Shown piece after piece: positions 13,176 to 25,732 of a DNA stretch of 46,249 nt. Positions within the stretch are counted from its first letter, which is position 1. Every line of letters begins with the position of its first letter. A model generated the notes under the pieces. It saw nothing but the letters and a program-made list of their open reading frames with translations. It was not told the DNA's origin and searched no databases. Both the position numbers and the translations under genes were made by a program. This DNA comes from Octopus sinensis (Eukaryota): assembly GCF_006345805.1 (NCBI RefSeq), contig NW_021834955.1, positions 1-46,249 of the forward strand. The letters run 5' to 3'.

Positions 13176-13715
13176 TGTATGTATGTATGTATGTATGTAT
13201 GTATGTATGTATATACACACATAGACATATGTGTTTGTGTGTGTGTGTGTGTTTGTGTGCGTTTTGTAAACACACTTCAACAATCGTTTTCTGTTACCGT
13301 TTTCTAAATCCGTTATGTCATTTTTTCCTACCATTTTGTTTTATTTAAAAGTTGTAAGTAACATAAACAGGTGTTTATTTAATCGCCAAAATTATGCTTC
13401 ATATCTGCGTTGTAAATATATTTCTCCCACGCTATCGTTGGTTCCTGCTAGTATCAACATGGTAGGCCTTTTATCAATTCTAATCAATTGGATATGCTCC
13501 ATCTTATAGCACAGGTTTTAAAACAAAAAATAACCTTCTCTTGAAGCATATTACTAATAATATCTTAAATTTCTTCATATTCTCTTTCGCAAGCCCGTCA
13601 TTCATATATTTATGATCTCTAACTCCGTGATGCTGGAGGATTAACGTTACTACGAGGTAACAAAGCAGTTGTAGGACTTTGGCTTGATGTGATGCCCGAT
13701 GTCGTTCATGATACA

Positions 13716-13883
13716 GGAGCAGGTTCGTGGTGGCTGTGTGGTAAGTAGCTTCATTACCAACCACATGGTTCCGGGTTCAGTCCCACTGCGTGGCACCTTG
13801 GGCAAGTGTCTTCTAATATAGCCTCGGGCCGACCAAAACCTTGTGAGTGGATTCGCTAGACGGAAACTGAAAGAATCCCGTCG

Positions 13884-13939
<56 letters not shown>

Positions 13940-13940
13940 C

Positions 13941-13986
<46 letters not shown>

Positions 13987-14175
13987 GTCCGTGTCCAACA
14001 TCGCTTGACAACCGATGCTGGTGTGTTTACGTCCTAGTCACTTAGTGGTTGGCAAAAGAGACCAATAAAATAAGTACTAGGCTTACAAAGAATACGTCCT
14101 GGGGTCTATTCGCCCGAAAAAGGCGGTGCCCCAGCATGGCCGCAGTCAAACGACTGAAACAAATAAAAGAATAAA
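13716..14175 (+). mobile_element. SINE family A, full length
   Basis: A box TGGCTGTGTGG, B box GGTTCAGTCCC, CORE-like block, internal TA/TG tract, tail. Confidence 0.92.
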
Positions 14176-14551
14176 AAATTAACCATATTTTGTGGAATGA
14201 ATTTCGACCATCAACACTCCTTTCGTCCTTAACAAACGTTGTGTATAGAGGGGGCTTGTTTTATGGTAAAATAATTTAGTTCGCGGGGAACTTCATCCTA
14301 GTATATTTTCATTTTCTACACGTAGCCAAGTGAACTGAGATATTTTTGCTATTTTGCAATTTTGAAAACGTGTGTCCATTCAAGTATTCTTTGGTCTGCC
14401 CCAGAGTGGAAAAAAAGAGACATAGAGGAGGGAAAATGTGTGTTTGAGAGCGAGCGAGTGACAGAGTGAAGAGAGAGAGAGAGAGGGGGGGGGGTGAGGA
14501 AGCAAGAGAGACAAAGCAGGCATTCCTTATTTTGCGGCAATTATATAAATC

Positions 14552-14855
14552 CGCAATGGCCCAGTGGTTTGGGCAGCGGACTCGCGGTCGTAGAATCGAG
14601 GTTTCGATTCCCAGACCGGGCGTTATGAGTGTTTATTGAGCTAATACACTTAAAGCTCCACGAGGCTCCGACAGGGTGTGGTGGCGATCCCTGCTGTACT
14701 CTTTCGCCACAACTTTCTCTCACTCTTCCTTCTCTTGGCCTGCTCGCTTAGCCAGCGGGGTGGCGTCATTTGAAGGCTAAAACAATGCGAAGCGCGTTGT
14801 GACCAGCGATGTGTAGCAACATCTGATAGCCTGGTCGGTCACTATGATCACGGTG
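14552..14855 (+). mobile_element. SINE family C, tail type 2, with TSD ATATAAATCCG
   Basis: Same head as 11598 and 33088 but a different 3' half; 11-bp direct repeat at 14543-14553 and 14856-14866. Confidence 0.9.
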
Positions 14856-14884
14856 ATATAAATCCGTATTAGGTTCAAAAGTAA

Positions 14885-15283
14885 GGCGGGGAGTTGGCAC
14901 ATTCGTTAACGAGCCGGATAAAATGCTTAGCACCGTTTCTTCCGGCTTTTTCTTCTGAGTTCAAATACTGGCACAGTCATTTTTTTTTTTGTTTTCATCC
15001 TGTCTGGGTTGATAAAATAAGTACAATCCAAGTACTGAGGTCAATGCAATCGACTGGACCCTTACTGCAAATGGCTGACCTTGTACCTATCGTTGAAAGA
15101 ATTATTACGTTCAAAACTAAGACACACTAAAGCAGCGAGCTGGCAAACCGCTACCGGACCGGAATAAGATGCTTATGATTCTGAGTTTAAAATGCCACCG
15201 AAGTCAACTTTGCCGTTCATTCTATCAATGTTGGTAAAATAAGTACCAGCCGATACTGAGTTCGAAGTAATTGACCTACCCCT
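14885..15283 (+). mobile_element. Two diverged SINE family B copies
   Basis: GGCGGGGAGTTGGCAC and GCAGCGAGCTGGCAAA heads; GATAAAATAAGTAC-type core. Confidence 0.75.
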
Positions 15284-15285
15284 TT

Positions 15286-15540
15286 GTGGAGGTGCGTGGC
15301 TTAGTGGTTAGGGTGTCAGCATCATGATCGGAAGATTGTGGTTTCTATTCCTAGACAGGGCGACGCATTGTGTTCTTGAGCAAAACACTTCGTTTCACGT
15401 TGCTCCAGTCTACACAGCTGACAAAATTGAGTAACGCTGCGATGGACTGGCGTCCCGTCCAGCTGGGGAATACATACGCCATTGAAACCGGGAAACCGGG
15501 CCCATGAGCCTGGCTAGGCTTTAAAAGGGCGCATTTATTT
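15286..15540 (+). mobile_element. SINE family D (different tRNA-like head, CORE-like block, type-1-like tail)
   Basis: TGGCTTAGTGG A box; TGTGTTCTTGAGCAAAACACTT; GCGATGGACTGGCGTCCCGTCCAG. Confidence 0.85.
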
Positions 15541-15541
15541 T

Positions 15542-15848
15542 GTGGAGGCACATAGCCTAGAGGTCACAGCAGCGGACTCGCGGTCGAGGGATCGTGGGTT
15601 CGAATCTCAGACCAGGCGATGTGTGTGTTTATGAGCAAAACACCTAAGCTCCACGCGGCTCCGGCAGAAGGTAATGGCGAACTTCTGCTGACTATTTCGC
15701 CACAACTTTCTCTCACTCTTTTCTCCTGCATCTTGCAGCTCACCTGCGACAGACCGGCGTCCTGTCCAGGCGGGGAACCTATACGCCAAGGAAACCGGGA
15801 AACCGTCCCTTATGAGCCAGGCATGGCTCGAGAAGGAACAAACAACAA
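15542..15848 (+). mobile_element. SINE family C, tail type 1
   Basis: High similarity to 11598-11903. Confidence 0.9.
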
Positions 15849-16339
15849 ACCTACTACTTTCTCAAACATTGCTGGCATTATGCCAAAATTTGGAACAATT
15901 ATTACATTCAAAAGAGAAAAAAGTAATGTACTTTAAAACTTTTGAGTTGTTGTACAACAACAAACTAATCAACTTTTTCCCGGCAACTTTATTTGGTTCT
16001 TTTCTCGGTGTTATTGATGCTGTCGTGTCCAGCCATGTTGTTTGTATCAAATATCTGCATAGTGAATACAAATTTAGATACGTATTTGACAAAGATCTTT
16101 AATAAAGTCTTTCTTCAATGAATGTGATTAGAAGATTCACCAGTTATTTAACATGGCTGCCAGTTGTACTTTTAATACTGAAGACGTTATTCATCTCATA
16201 TTCAATGAATAGTCTCCTACGCGACGCTTTCAAATGTTCACGTTAGCTGTCTGTGTATGTGTGTATGAGTGTGCATCTACGCACGTTCTTATGAATGTAT
16301 GTATGCAATGTGTGTAACAATATTAGGTTGGACAGTAAA

Positions 16340-16345
16340 TATATA

Positions 16346-16405
<60 letters not shown>

Positions 16406-16536
16406 GTATTATATATATATATTATATATACATAATATATTGTATATATATATATATATTATATTATATATATATATATTATATAACATATATATATGTG
16501 TATATATGATGTTTATACATATATATTGTATGTATA

Positions 16537-16586
<50 letters not shown>

Positions 16587-16646
16587 AATATATATATATG
16601 CGTGCGTGTGTGTTTGTATCTATGTGTATATATATATCTATGTGTT

Positions 16647-16695
<49 letters not shown>

Positions 16696-17034
16696 TGTGT
16701 GTGTGAGCTGACTACAAGTTTAAAAAAAAATGTGGAAATCCAAGTCGATTCCAGCCGAATGTGTTTACAACATATTAGCTGTTTAACTGACAATCGACTC
16801 CACGTATGAAACGAGACCTCATCTAACCTGAGAATGTGTCACGTACGGGATGGCTTTCACGTGATCATTTTGATTAGCTTCCCTGCTGACGTAAACAATG
16901 ATGAATTTGCGCGCATGTGTTTTCATGAGTAAAGAAATTGTGGGTCTGAAAAGACGTTTCGTATATTCTTTACATACAAGCTATCACGAGCAAGCGTGCG
17001 TGTATGTATATAATATACACATACATGCGTATAT

Positions 17035-17122
<88 letters not shown>

Positions 17123-17156
17123 GCATGCATACATACATACATAGATATTGATATAT

Positions 17157-17208
<52 letters not shown>

Positions 17209-17301
17209 TGAAGTAGCCTAATACACACACGTACACACAAGCCCGCGCACACAAACTCACGCGTACATATGCGTAAATACACTCATACATGTACACACAC
17301 A

Positions 17302-17350
<49 letters not shown>
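16340..17350. repeat. (TA)n/(TG)n/(TATC)n microsatellite blocks
   Basis: Direct observation; includes (TATC)n at about 17035-17121. Confidence 0.85.
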
Positions 17351-17351
<1 letters not shown>

Positions 17352-17637
17352 TATTGAAGCACCTTAACCCACACACGTACACACATACACACACTCACGC
17401 AAACATATGCGTACATACACTCATACACGTATACACATACACACGCATACGTACACACACATCATTGAGTTTAGTTACACGGTTTCTTTTTCTATAGACA
17501 TGCATCACTTTCGTTCGTTGTGTACACCTCTCTATATTTGGTTGTGCTGGTGGAACCTTGGTCTTAAACTTGGTGCGCTGGAATTCTCATCTAATGAATC
17601 GATAGGTTGTATGTACGAACTCTTGACGCAAATTATC

Positions 17638-17850
17638 ACATTTACGAGGATGACACTCGTGACAGGCCTTCCATATCACTCATCGTCTTCCAGGGACGTT
17701 CTTCCATTTTTGGAATAACCATGTCACCCAAAACATTGCGTGCGTCGCATTGACTCGTCGCCGAAAGTTTGCCGAAACATGCTCAATGTCTCTGTAGCAG
17801 ACTCACCGAGTTTAACGCTAAATTTCACGCTGGCTCTGTGTTCCTGTCTA
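17638..17850 (-). pseudogene. Mariner transposase N-terminal HTH fragment
   Basis: Minus frame EHRASVKFSVKLGESATETLSMFRQTFGDESMRRTQCFG*HGYSKNGRTSLEDDE*YGRPVTS, the mariner HTH/GRP pattern with stops. Confidence 0.85.
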
Positions 17851-17887
17851 TCAAAAGATCGCAGACTACAGTATATACGTGATCATA

Positions 17888-18096
17888 ACTCTTTACTTGT
17901 TTCAGTCATTTGGCTGCAGCCATGCTGAAGCACCGCCTTTAGTCGAGCAAATCGACCCCGGGACTTATTCTTTGTAAGCCCAGTACTTATTTTATCGGTC
18001 TCTTTTGCCGAACCGCTAAGTGACGGGGACGTAAACACACCAGCATTGGTTGTCAAGCAATGCTAGGGGGACAAACATAGACACACAAACACACAA

Positions 18097-18143
<47 letters not shown>

Positions 18144-18308
18144 TACGACAGGCTTCTTTCAGTTTCCGTCTACCAAATCGACTCACAAGGCATTGGTCAG
18201 CCCAGGGCTATAGCAGAAGACACTTGCTCAAGATGCCACGCAGTGGGACTGAACCCGGAAACATGTGGCTGGTTAGCAAGCTACTTACCACACAGCCACT
18301 CCTGCGCC
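17888..18308 (-). mobile_element. SINE family A, full length
   Basis: Ends CCACACAGCCACTCCTGCGCC, the reverse complement of the head. Confidence 0.92.
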
Positions 18309-18569
18309 TATAAGAATACAACTTTTACAACTTCCGAAGGAAATAACACGATGTTCCTCAGCACACTGCCTCATGTATGCTTGCGTGAGCAATATTCAAA
18401 AATACAAACACAGCTTGTGCTTTCAATTCTTTAGCAGAACTCTTTGTTTGAATCGTTTGTAAGCAGATGATAAAGTAATAAAGTTTCTCTTAGAAGGATT
18501 TTACTTGATCATGAGGACCCATTATACTGTAAGTATGCTAATTATGTAATCGACCCTATTAATCAATCC

Positions 18570-18875
18570 CTTTTATCTTTTACTTGTTTGAGCCATTAGA
18601 CAGCGGCCATGCTGCAGCACCACCTTCAGGGGTTTTAGTCGAATGATTCGACCCCTGTACATACTTCTTTTTAAGCTTGATGATTATCTCGTTTTGCTGA
18701 AGCGCTATGTTATGCGGATGTAAACGAACGTCTGTGTACGTATGCGTGTGTATGTGTATACGTGTATGAGTGTATGTACGCATAGTTTGCGTGAGTGTGT
18801 GGTATGTGTGTACGTGTGTGGGTTAAGGTGCTTCAATATATATATAATATATATATAATATAGATATATATAAAT

Positions 18876-18927
<52 letters not shown>

Positions 18928-19265
18928 TATATATATTATATATATATAATCAGTTGCCCAGAGGTGCTGAAGGACAAACACAAAAACATACATACATTTA
19001 TATTCATATACACACATACATACATATATACATACATATTATATATATATATATATGTAAAATTTGATTTAGTATTTCTAAATTGAATTTTCCCCTGTAA
19101 GTTTGGAATAATATTCCCTCATATTCTTATTATTATTATTATTATTATTATTAATTTATTATTATATTATTATTCATTATTATTATTATTGTTATTGTTA
19201 CTATTATTTTTATTTTTATTATTATTATTATTATTTATATATATATATATATATATCTATAATAT

Positions 19266-19298
<33 letters not shown>

Positions 19299-19464
19299 CA
19301 TTGGTCTTCTTTCAGTTTCCGTCCACCCAGCCAAATTCATTCACAAGTCTTTGGTCATTCAAGTTCTATAGCAGGACACTTGCCCAAGTTGTCACGCAGT
19401 GAGACTGAACCCAGAACCGTGTGGCTGGGAAGCTAACTTCTTACCACACATGCATGTCTTCGCC
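18570..19464 (-). mobile_element. Old SINE family A copy with an expanded, invaded interior
   Basis: Tail at 18570-18730 and head half at 19300-19464, separated by microsatellites and an inverted local duplicate. Confidence 0.7.
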
Positions 19465-21254
19465 TCATCCAGATAAATACACATATTGGTACACGCACTA
19501 ACGCACACATTTAAGAAATAAATTATACAATCCAATATTGATGACATTGTTATATGTTTCTGTTTAGTCTGTTACATCTTGGCTATAGGGATATCGATTT
19601 ATCGCTCTTTGAAATTCCAATGAATATTTCCGCGTCAATACATCGAATAATTATAGCAACATTAGTAAAGATTCAAATACATCATTTATGAGTCAGTGAC
19701 TTTCGGATTGCAGACGGTTGACGCCTCTTATTGCAATCCGATAGAAAATAAAATGTCTCTATCTTTCTGTCTTTTTTTTTTTTTTTTTTGCTCAAGATGT
19801 TTAACTGGGGTTAAATGAATGCTTGGAATGAAGTAGTTTATTTTGTATTTCTTTTTAAAAATTATTTTCCCGAGTATATTAACTTTCCCATTGAAATTAA
19901 AATCTCAGCTTGTCGTCAATGCAGCATTTAATGAAAAGAAATAAACTATATTATTGCGCCTGTCACAACATGCATTTGGATTTTACACTTGTCTGTGGAA
20001 CCAAATCGAAGACGTAATTGAAATCTTTAACAGAGAAACAAGTCAGAGTACCGAGATTTCATCAACCATAACTATGGAAGGACGTTGAAGACACAAATGA
20101 AACATTTAACACACAGAATCAAGCCCATGAGCTTTAATTTTATCAATCTTACTTATAGAATAAAATCGAAGGCATAATCGATTTCTTTAATACATGGAAA
20201 ATATGGCATGAAGATAATAAAAATTATGTAGCAAAATAAATATAGGGAAATTGATGAAGGACATGTATCTCCATAGTAATGATATTCGAACACATATCTC
20301 CAGATGTTACATCTGCACTGATTACCAATCTATATTAGTAAAGAAGATGACTACCAATCAGGGATCGACATCTTCACCAATATCTCTGAAAATGGTACCT
20401 GTGTTTTTCCTTTCCAAATGCAATGACACCAGCTTATGGGCAAATGTTTTGCATATTGCTTTGACTTGCCCTTTCATCTCATCCTATGTTTTAAAGACGT
20501 CACATTTGTGGCCCTAAACCCTTCCTATCCCAATGAAAGAAATTTCACTTAAAATATTCGCCAGGATGGAAATATAGAACAATAAAACTTGTGTTCTTGA
20601 CGAGGTAACGTTCATACTCTCGCTCTCCTGATTTACAGACTGTCGTATATTGTGTCTTGTTTACACACACAAGAAACCCTGCTTTCGTTCTTCCAATATA
20701 ATTTCTATATCGAGAGCCTTTTCAACTATGGCTAGGAACGATTGCAAATAATGGCGCGCTTAGTTTCATATTTATATCTGCTGCGTGTGCATATATTCTG
20801 TTATGTTGTTGATGTTGTTAAACAGATTCACACACAGTATATTTAAATTCTATGTTTAAAATATTTGTTATATTTATAGATTGTAGTTAGTTACAATAAA
20901 ATCTTTGTGTTGTAATTAAAATGGGATTTGGTTTTGTAAAATTTCTCTGTGTGAAACATGTTACTTTGCATTTTGTACATTTGGTGGTTTTCTTCTTGTG
21001 GGCACAGCTGAAATATTTACAGCCACTTTTTGTACACGACGGCAAAGAAAGACAAAAGTCTCTTCAAAAAATTAAACACAAACGTTACTGTTTAAATTTG
21101 TCAACCCCTGTAAGAGAAGACTCCCAACTTTGGAAGCTATCTAGCAAAATCTTTCTTTCACAAAGTAATATATTTTCTCAGGGAGTGAATTGTACACAAT
21201 ATCTGCCTGTTCTACAACCAGTGGTGAATGATATCAATAATAATTAATAATACT

Positions 21255-21428
21255 GGTTTCAAATTTTGGCACAAGACCAGCACTTCTAGGACAAGGGGTG
21301 AATCGATTACATCGACCCTAGTGCTCAGTTGGTGCTCATTTTATCGACCAGGAAATGATGAAAGGCAAAGTCGATCTCGGCAAAATTTGAATTCAGAACG
21401 TAAAGACAAAAGACAAACGAAATACTGC
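21255..21428 (-). mobile_element. SINE family B fragment
   Basis: GATGAAAGGCAAAGTCGATCTCGGCAAAATTTGAATTCAGAACG. Confidence 0.85.
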
Positions 21429-21430
21429 TG

Positions 21431-21461
<31 letters not shown>

Positions 21462-21469
21462 CAACAATT

Positions 21470-21985
21470 GTGGCTCTCATGGCTTCTGATTTTAACTCAT
21501 TGGAAGTGTTAGCATGGACATTATTTTCCCTTGGTATAAAAGGTAAGCTACAGCAAATATTCTGCTCAATACCACAGATTTGTTTGACCATAACTATTTG
21601 AGCATGTCCGTTGGTGCAGACGATATGCATCTCTGATCACGAGCAGAAGTAGTAAAGGAGCATCATAGCCATGTTTCGAGAGGATTTCTTTGGGGTTTGA
21701 ATAATTTACCTCTGGAAACATGGGTATTTTATTCAACATCCTTAAACAATCCTTATTTAAGGACCTTTTTAGCGGGATGGGCTACTCGACCCGAAGAAAA
21801 TTCTAACTGGGCCCCATCTGTAAGGTCATGCGCTGTTTATCTTGATATAAGATTACCATGCCATGCACATATAATTTTGATGCATATGCCTGGTGTACCC
21901 TTATCAGACGGGTAGTCATGATAGGTATACTGGGCTTCGTATATTTGTACCTCAGTGTCACTTTGATAGCATTGCTCTCTCACTC
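21470..21985 (+). mobile_element. Probable non-coding retroposon inserted in an (AAT)n tract
   Basis: About 515 bp of complex sequence bracketed by (AAT)n on both sides and adjacent to an R4/Dong-like tip; single copy here, so its repeat status is unproven. Confidence 0.4.
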
Positions 21986-22002
21986 AATAATAATAATAAT
22001 AA

Positions 22003-22210
22003 TATCAGATTTGAGATGAGAGCAGAGAAAGCCCAAAAAACTTCTCTGCAGGGAACAGCTAGGATTTTAAGATTGGTACTTGGATGTTGAATGTCTCCCA
22101 CGATAATTAACAACCAAGCAACAAAGCTTATAATGTACGGAAAGAGACCATATGAGACATGTGACAGCAGGCTGATGTCTGCTCTCATAGAATCTACCAG
22201 GAATCATAAA
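22003..22210 (+). mobile_element. R4/Dong-type (RLE) non-LTR retrotransposon 3' tip
   Basis: AQKTSLQGTARILRLVLGC* matches the QKxxLLGTARILRxVL C-terminus of the clade; directly follows (AAT)n. Confidence 0.7.
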
Positions 22211-22557
22211 AGGGAGAGCAAACTACAGTGGAATTTGGACACATAACCTAGAGACGGACGAAATGCCGCAACACACCGGTTGTACCAACAAATTAACGGT
22301 TGTACCAACTCGTTTTCTTAGTGATAATGGTAATTATTACGATTTTATTTTTAGTGATAACACTGACTGAAATCATAATGAGAAGGCTGGAGGTTTCGTG
22401 AGAAACGGTTTAGCTGATTAACTGTCTACTTATAGTACTTGGCCGGTATTATATTTTACCGGACCCTGATTGAAGCTGAGTACACCTTAATGTCAGTGTT
22501 ATGAAAGAAAAGGAGTGATATAAGGAGCCAAGTGAAGAAAAATTTTTAGTGACCATA

Positions 22558-22938
22558 GGCGCAGGAGTGGCTGTGTGGTAAGTAGCTTGCTAACCAACCA
22601 CATGGTTCCGGGTTCAGTCCCACTGCGTGGCATCTTGGGCGAGTGTCTTCTGCTATAGCCCCGGGCCGACCAATGCCTTGTGAGTGGATTTGGTAGACGG
22701 AAACTGAAAGAAGCCTGTCGTATATATGTATATATATATAAGTGTTTGTGTGGCTGACAACCGATGCTGGTGTGTTTACGTCACTTAGCGGTTCGGCAAA
22801 AGAGGCCGATAGAATAAGTACTGGGCTTACAAAGAATAAGTCCCGGGGTCGATTTGCTCGATTAAAGGCGGTGCTCCAGCATGGCCGCAGTCAAATGACT
22901 GAAACAAGCAAAAAGAGTAAAAAGAGTAAAAAAAGAGT
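22558..22938 (+). mobile_element. SINE family A, young copy with small internal deletions
   Basis: GGCGCAGGAGTGGCTGTGTGGTAAGTAGCTTGC head; (AAAAAGAGT)n tail. Confidence 0.93.
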
Positions 22939-23024
22939 ATACTCTGCAATATATCAGTTTACTCAAGCAGGGTGGTCACGCTAATTGAGCAGATACGATA
23001 TTCTTGTCACTTTGTAGTTACCGA

Positions 23025-23028
<4 letters not shown>

Positions 23029-23097
<69 letters not shown>
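23029..23097. repeat. Perfect (AG)n
   Basis: Direct observation. Confidence 0.98.
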
Positions 23098-23100
<3 letters not shown>

Positions 23101-24004
23101 GATGATGATTAACCTCGATATTTGATGGGCATATTGATCTCGGTAAGTTTTTGAACTAAAAGACCGTAGGATCTTGGAATGTACAACTCTCGGTCTCCAT
23201 TCATATCTTTCTCCTTCTTTATGGTACTACCTATATATAACCCCTCTGAAATTCTCTCTCACTCTCGCTCTCTCTCTCTCTCTTTCACACCCACACATTC
23301 TCTCTCTCTCCCTCACACACATACGCATTCTCTCTCTCTCTGTCTCTCCCTCTTTTCCTCCCTCACACACTGTCTGTTTCTGTAACAAAGTTTTAATTGA
23401 AATGTATTCCAGAAGTTCCGTGCTAGACTCAAGTAAGCCAAATCGTTGCAACTACTTCTCAACCTTCAGTCACCAGCCTACAGCCTACAGTCCCTGACTA
23501 TCAAGTTCTTCTTCTAAACGCAGCTTCAAACCATTGCATCACAGAGAATTCAACTCAAGTCACGTTTCTATTATAATTACCAATCGTCTGTCAATACAAC
23601 CAAATTAAGAATCCACCGAACATAATTTGTCCACTTATCCTTATGTCACAGATTGCGAAATTCACAGAAATTACAGAAAGTAAAGAACAATAAAGAAGAG
23701 TGCTCAGAAAGCTGTGGACACACTCTCCATCGCTGTTTGTTCAACCTACTGAATGCAAATTATCCATATCTATAAATATAGTCAACGGCAAATTCATTCG
23801 ATGTGTCAATAATATAAAAATGAAACATAAGTGACGTGTTGACTTCACTGTGTTATTTATTGGCTACAATCGTTGTGTCTGTCACCACTCTTTACATTCC
23901 TGTACCATATTATTGGAATAGTCATCCCATCTTCTTCAAAGACAATATCATGAAATGCGTAGTCGTGGTACACTTTAGAAATTATTATTACTCAGGCGGC
24001 AAGG

Positions 24005-24760
24005 GGCAGCGAGCTGGCAGAATCGTTAGCACACCGGGCGAAACGATCAGCGGTATTTCGTCTGCCGCTACGTTCTGAGTTCAAATTCCGCCGATGTCGA
24101 CTTTGACTTTCATCCTTTCGGGGTCGATAAATTAAGTACCAGTTACGCACTGGGGTCGATGTAATCGACTTAATACCTATGTCTGTCCTTGTTTGTCCCC
24201 TCTGTGTTTAGCCCCTTGTGGGTAATAAAGAAATAGGTATTTCGGCTGCCGTTACGTTGTGAGTTCAAATTCCGCTGAGGTTGACTTTGCCTTTCACCCT
24301 TTCGGGGTCGATAAATTAAGTACCAGTTAAGCACTGGGGTTGACATAATCGACTTAATACCTATGTCTGTCCATGTTTGTCCCCTCTATGTTTAGCCCCT
24401 TGTGGGTAATAAAGAAATAGCTATTTCGTCTGCCGCTACGTTCTGAGTTCAAATTCCGCCGAGGTCGACTTTGCCTTTCATCCTTTCGGGGTCGATAAAT
24501 TAAGTACCAGTTACGCACTGGGATCGATGTAATCGACTTAATCCGTTTGTCTGTCCTTGTTTGTCCCCTCTGTGTTTAGCCCCTTGTGGGTAGTAAATAA
24601 ATAGGCATTTCATCTGTCTGAGTTCAAATTACGCAGTGTGCAGCTTTGCCTTTTAACCTTTTGGAGTCAATAAAATAAGTACCAGTTAAGCACTGGGGTG
24701 ATGTAATGGACTAATCTTCTCCCTTAAAATTTCAGGCATTGTGCATTTAATAGAACTGAT
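24005..24760 (+). mobile_element. SINE family B with a 184-bp unit repeated three times plus a diverged fourth
   Basis: Units start at 24052, 24236, 24420 and 24604. Confidence 0.92.
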
Positions 24761-25474
24761 TATTTAGGCAGCGAGTTAGTAGATTTGTTGAAACGTCAAA
24801 GTCCAAAAAAAATGCTTTGCACTGTTTGCTCTGGCTAGTTGTATTCTAAGTTCAATTCCTGCCAATGTCAATACTGGCATTCATCCTTTTGGGTGTGACA
24901 AAATAAGTTAACAGTCTAGTAGTGGGGTCTTCGTACACGACTAACCCTCTCTCACGGGGAAGTGTTAGCTTTGTAACAAAAAAGGAAGCCAGTAAAAGGG
25001 TAGTAGAATCAGTAGAATTGCTACAGCGTCGGAAAAATACCTTGCAAAATTTGTTACGGCCTTTTACGTTACAACTACTTATGTCTTGGAAGATCCGGCA
25101 ATCTCGGGGAGTCACGAGGTAGAAATGTGGACTTATTTTAACAAGATCAAATATATAAGTCCCTCTGGATGTGACTAGTTGCTGGGGCCCACTAAAGCTT
25201 TTGTTTCATAGTAATAATCAAAATAGTTCGATAATTTATGCTTAACATTGTGCTTTGATTTGTACAGGTTCGAGTGTTAAATATAAATTCATTCATCCTA
25301 CTTAGATGGAATACTTTTGAGCAAAATAGAATAAAGCTGTGTTACACTGTACTTGATATTTCACATCTAATTGCACAAGGGGAGCAATTATATGTGAATT
25401 AGACGAGGTGGTTCATCAATTACATCAACTCCAATTTTTTAGTGATATTGTATATTATCGACACCGAACGAGTA

Positions 25475-25732
25475 AAAGCTCTACCTGCGACGATTTCATC
25501 TCAATCGAAGGAGAGGAGCTTTCTCCGTCCGGGTTGCGGATCCGTGGAACAAGCTGCCAGGCGAGATGGTGAAGATGCCGACGACCGCTTTGTTCAAAGT
25601 CTCCCTTGACCTCAAGTGGCCTGAACTCTTTACATGAACACCACCCTGTACTTAACTCCATGTCCCCCTACATGGCCTTGCTATTTGCTTTTGAGCCAAA
25701 AATTAACTAACTAACTAACTAACTAACTAACT
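25475..25732 (+). mobile_element. CR1/L2-group LINE 3' fragment with a (TAAC)n tail, inserted in a SINE B
   Basis: KLYLRRFHLNRRRGAFSVRVADPWNKLPGEMVKMPTTALFKVSLDLKWPELFT* (stop 25635-25637), the RVxxxWNxLP C-terminal motif; short 3' UTR followed by (TAAC)n. Confidence 0.85.

Noticed and set aside
16705-16965. Possible mariner-type MITE
   Set aside because: Only one TIR-like end is visible; no matching partner.
20251-20560. Possible decayed coding or LINE fragment
   Set aside because: No motif recognised on either strand.
24052-24700. CRISPR-like array
   Set aside because: Whole 184-bp units repeat with no unique spacers; they derive from a eukaryotic SINE.
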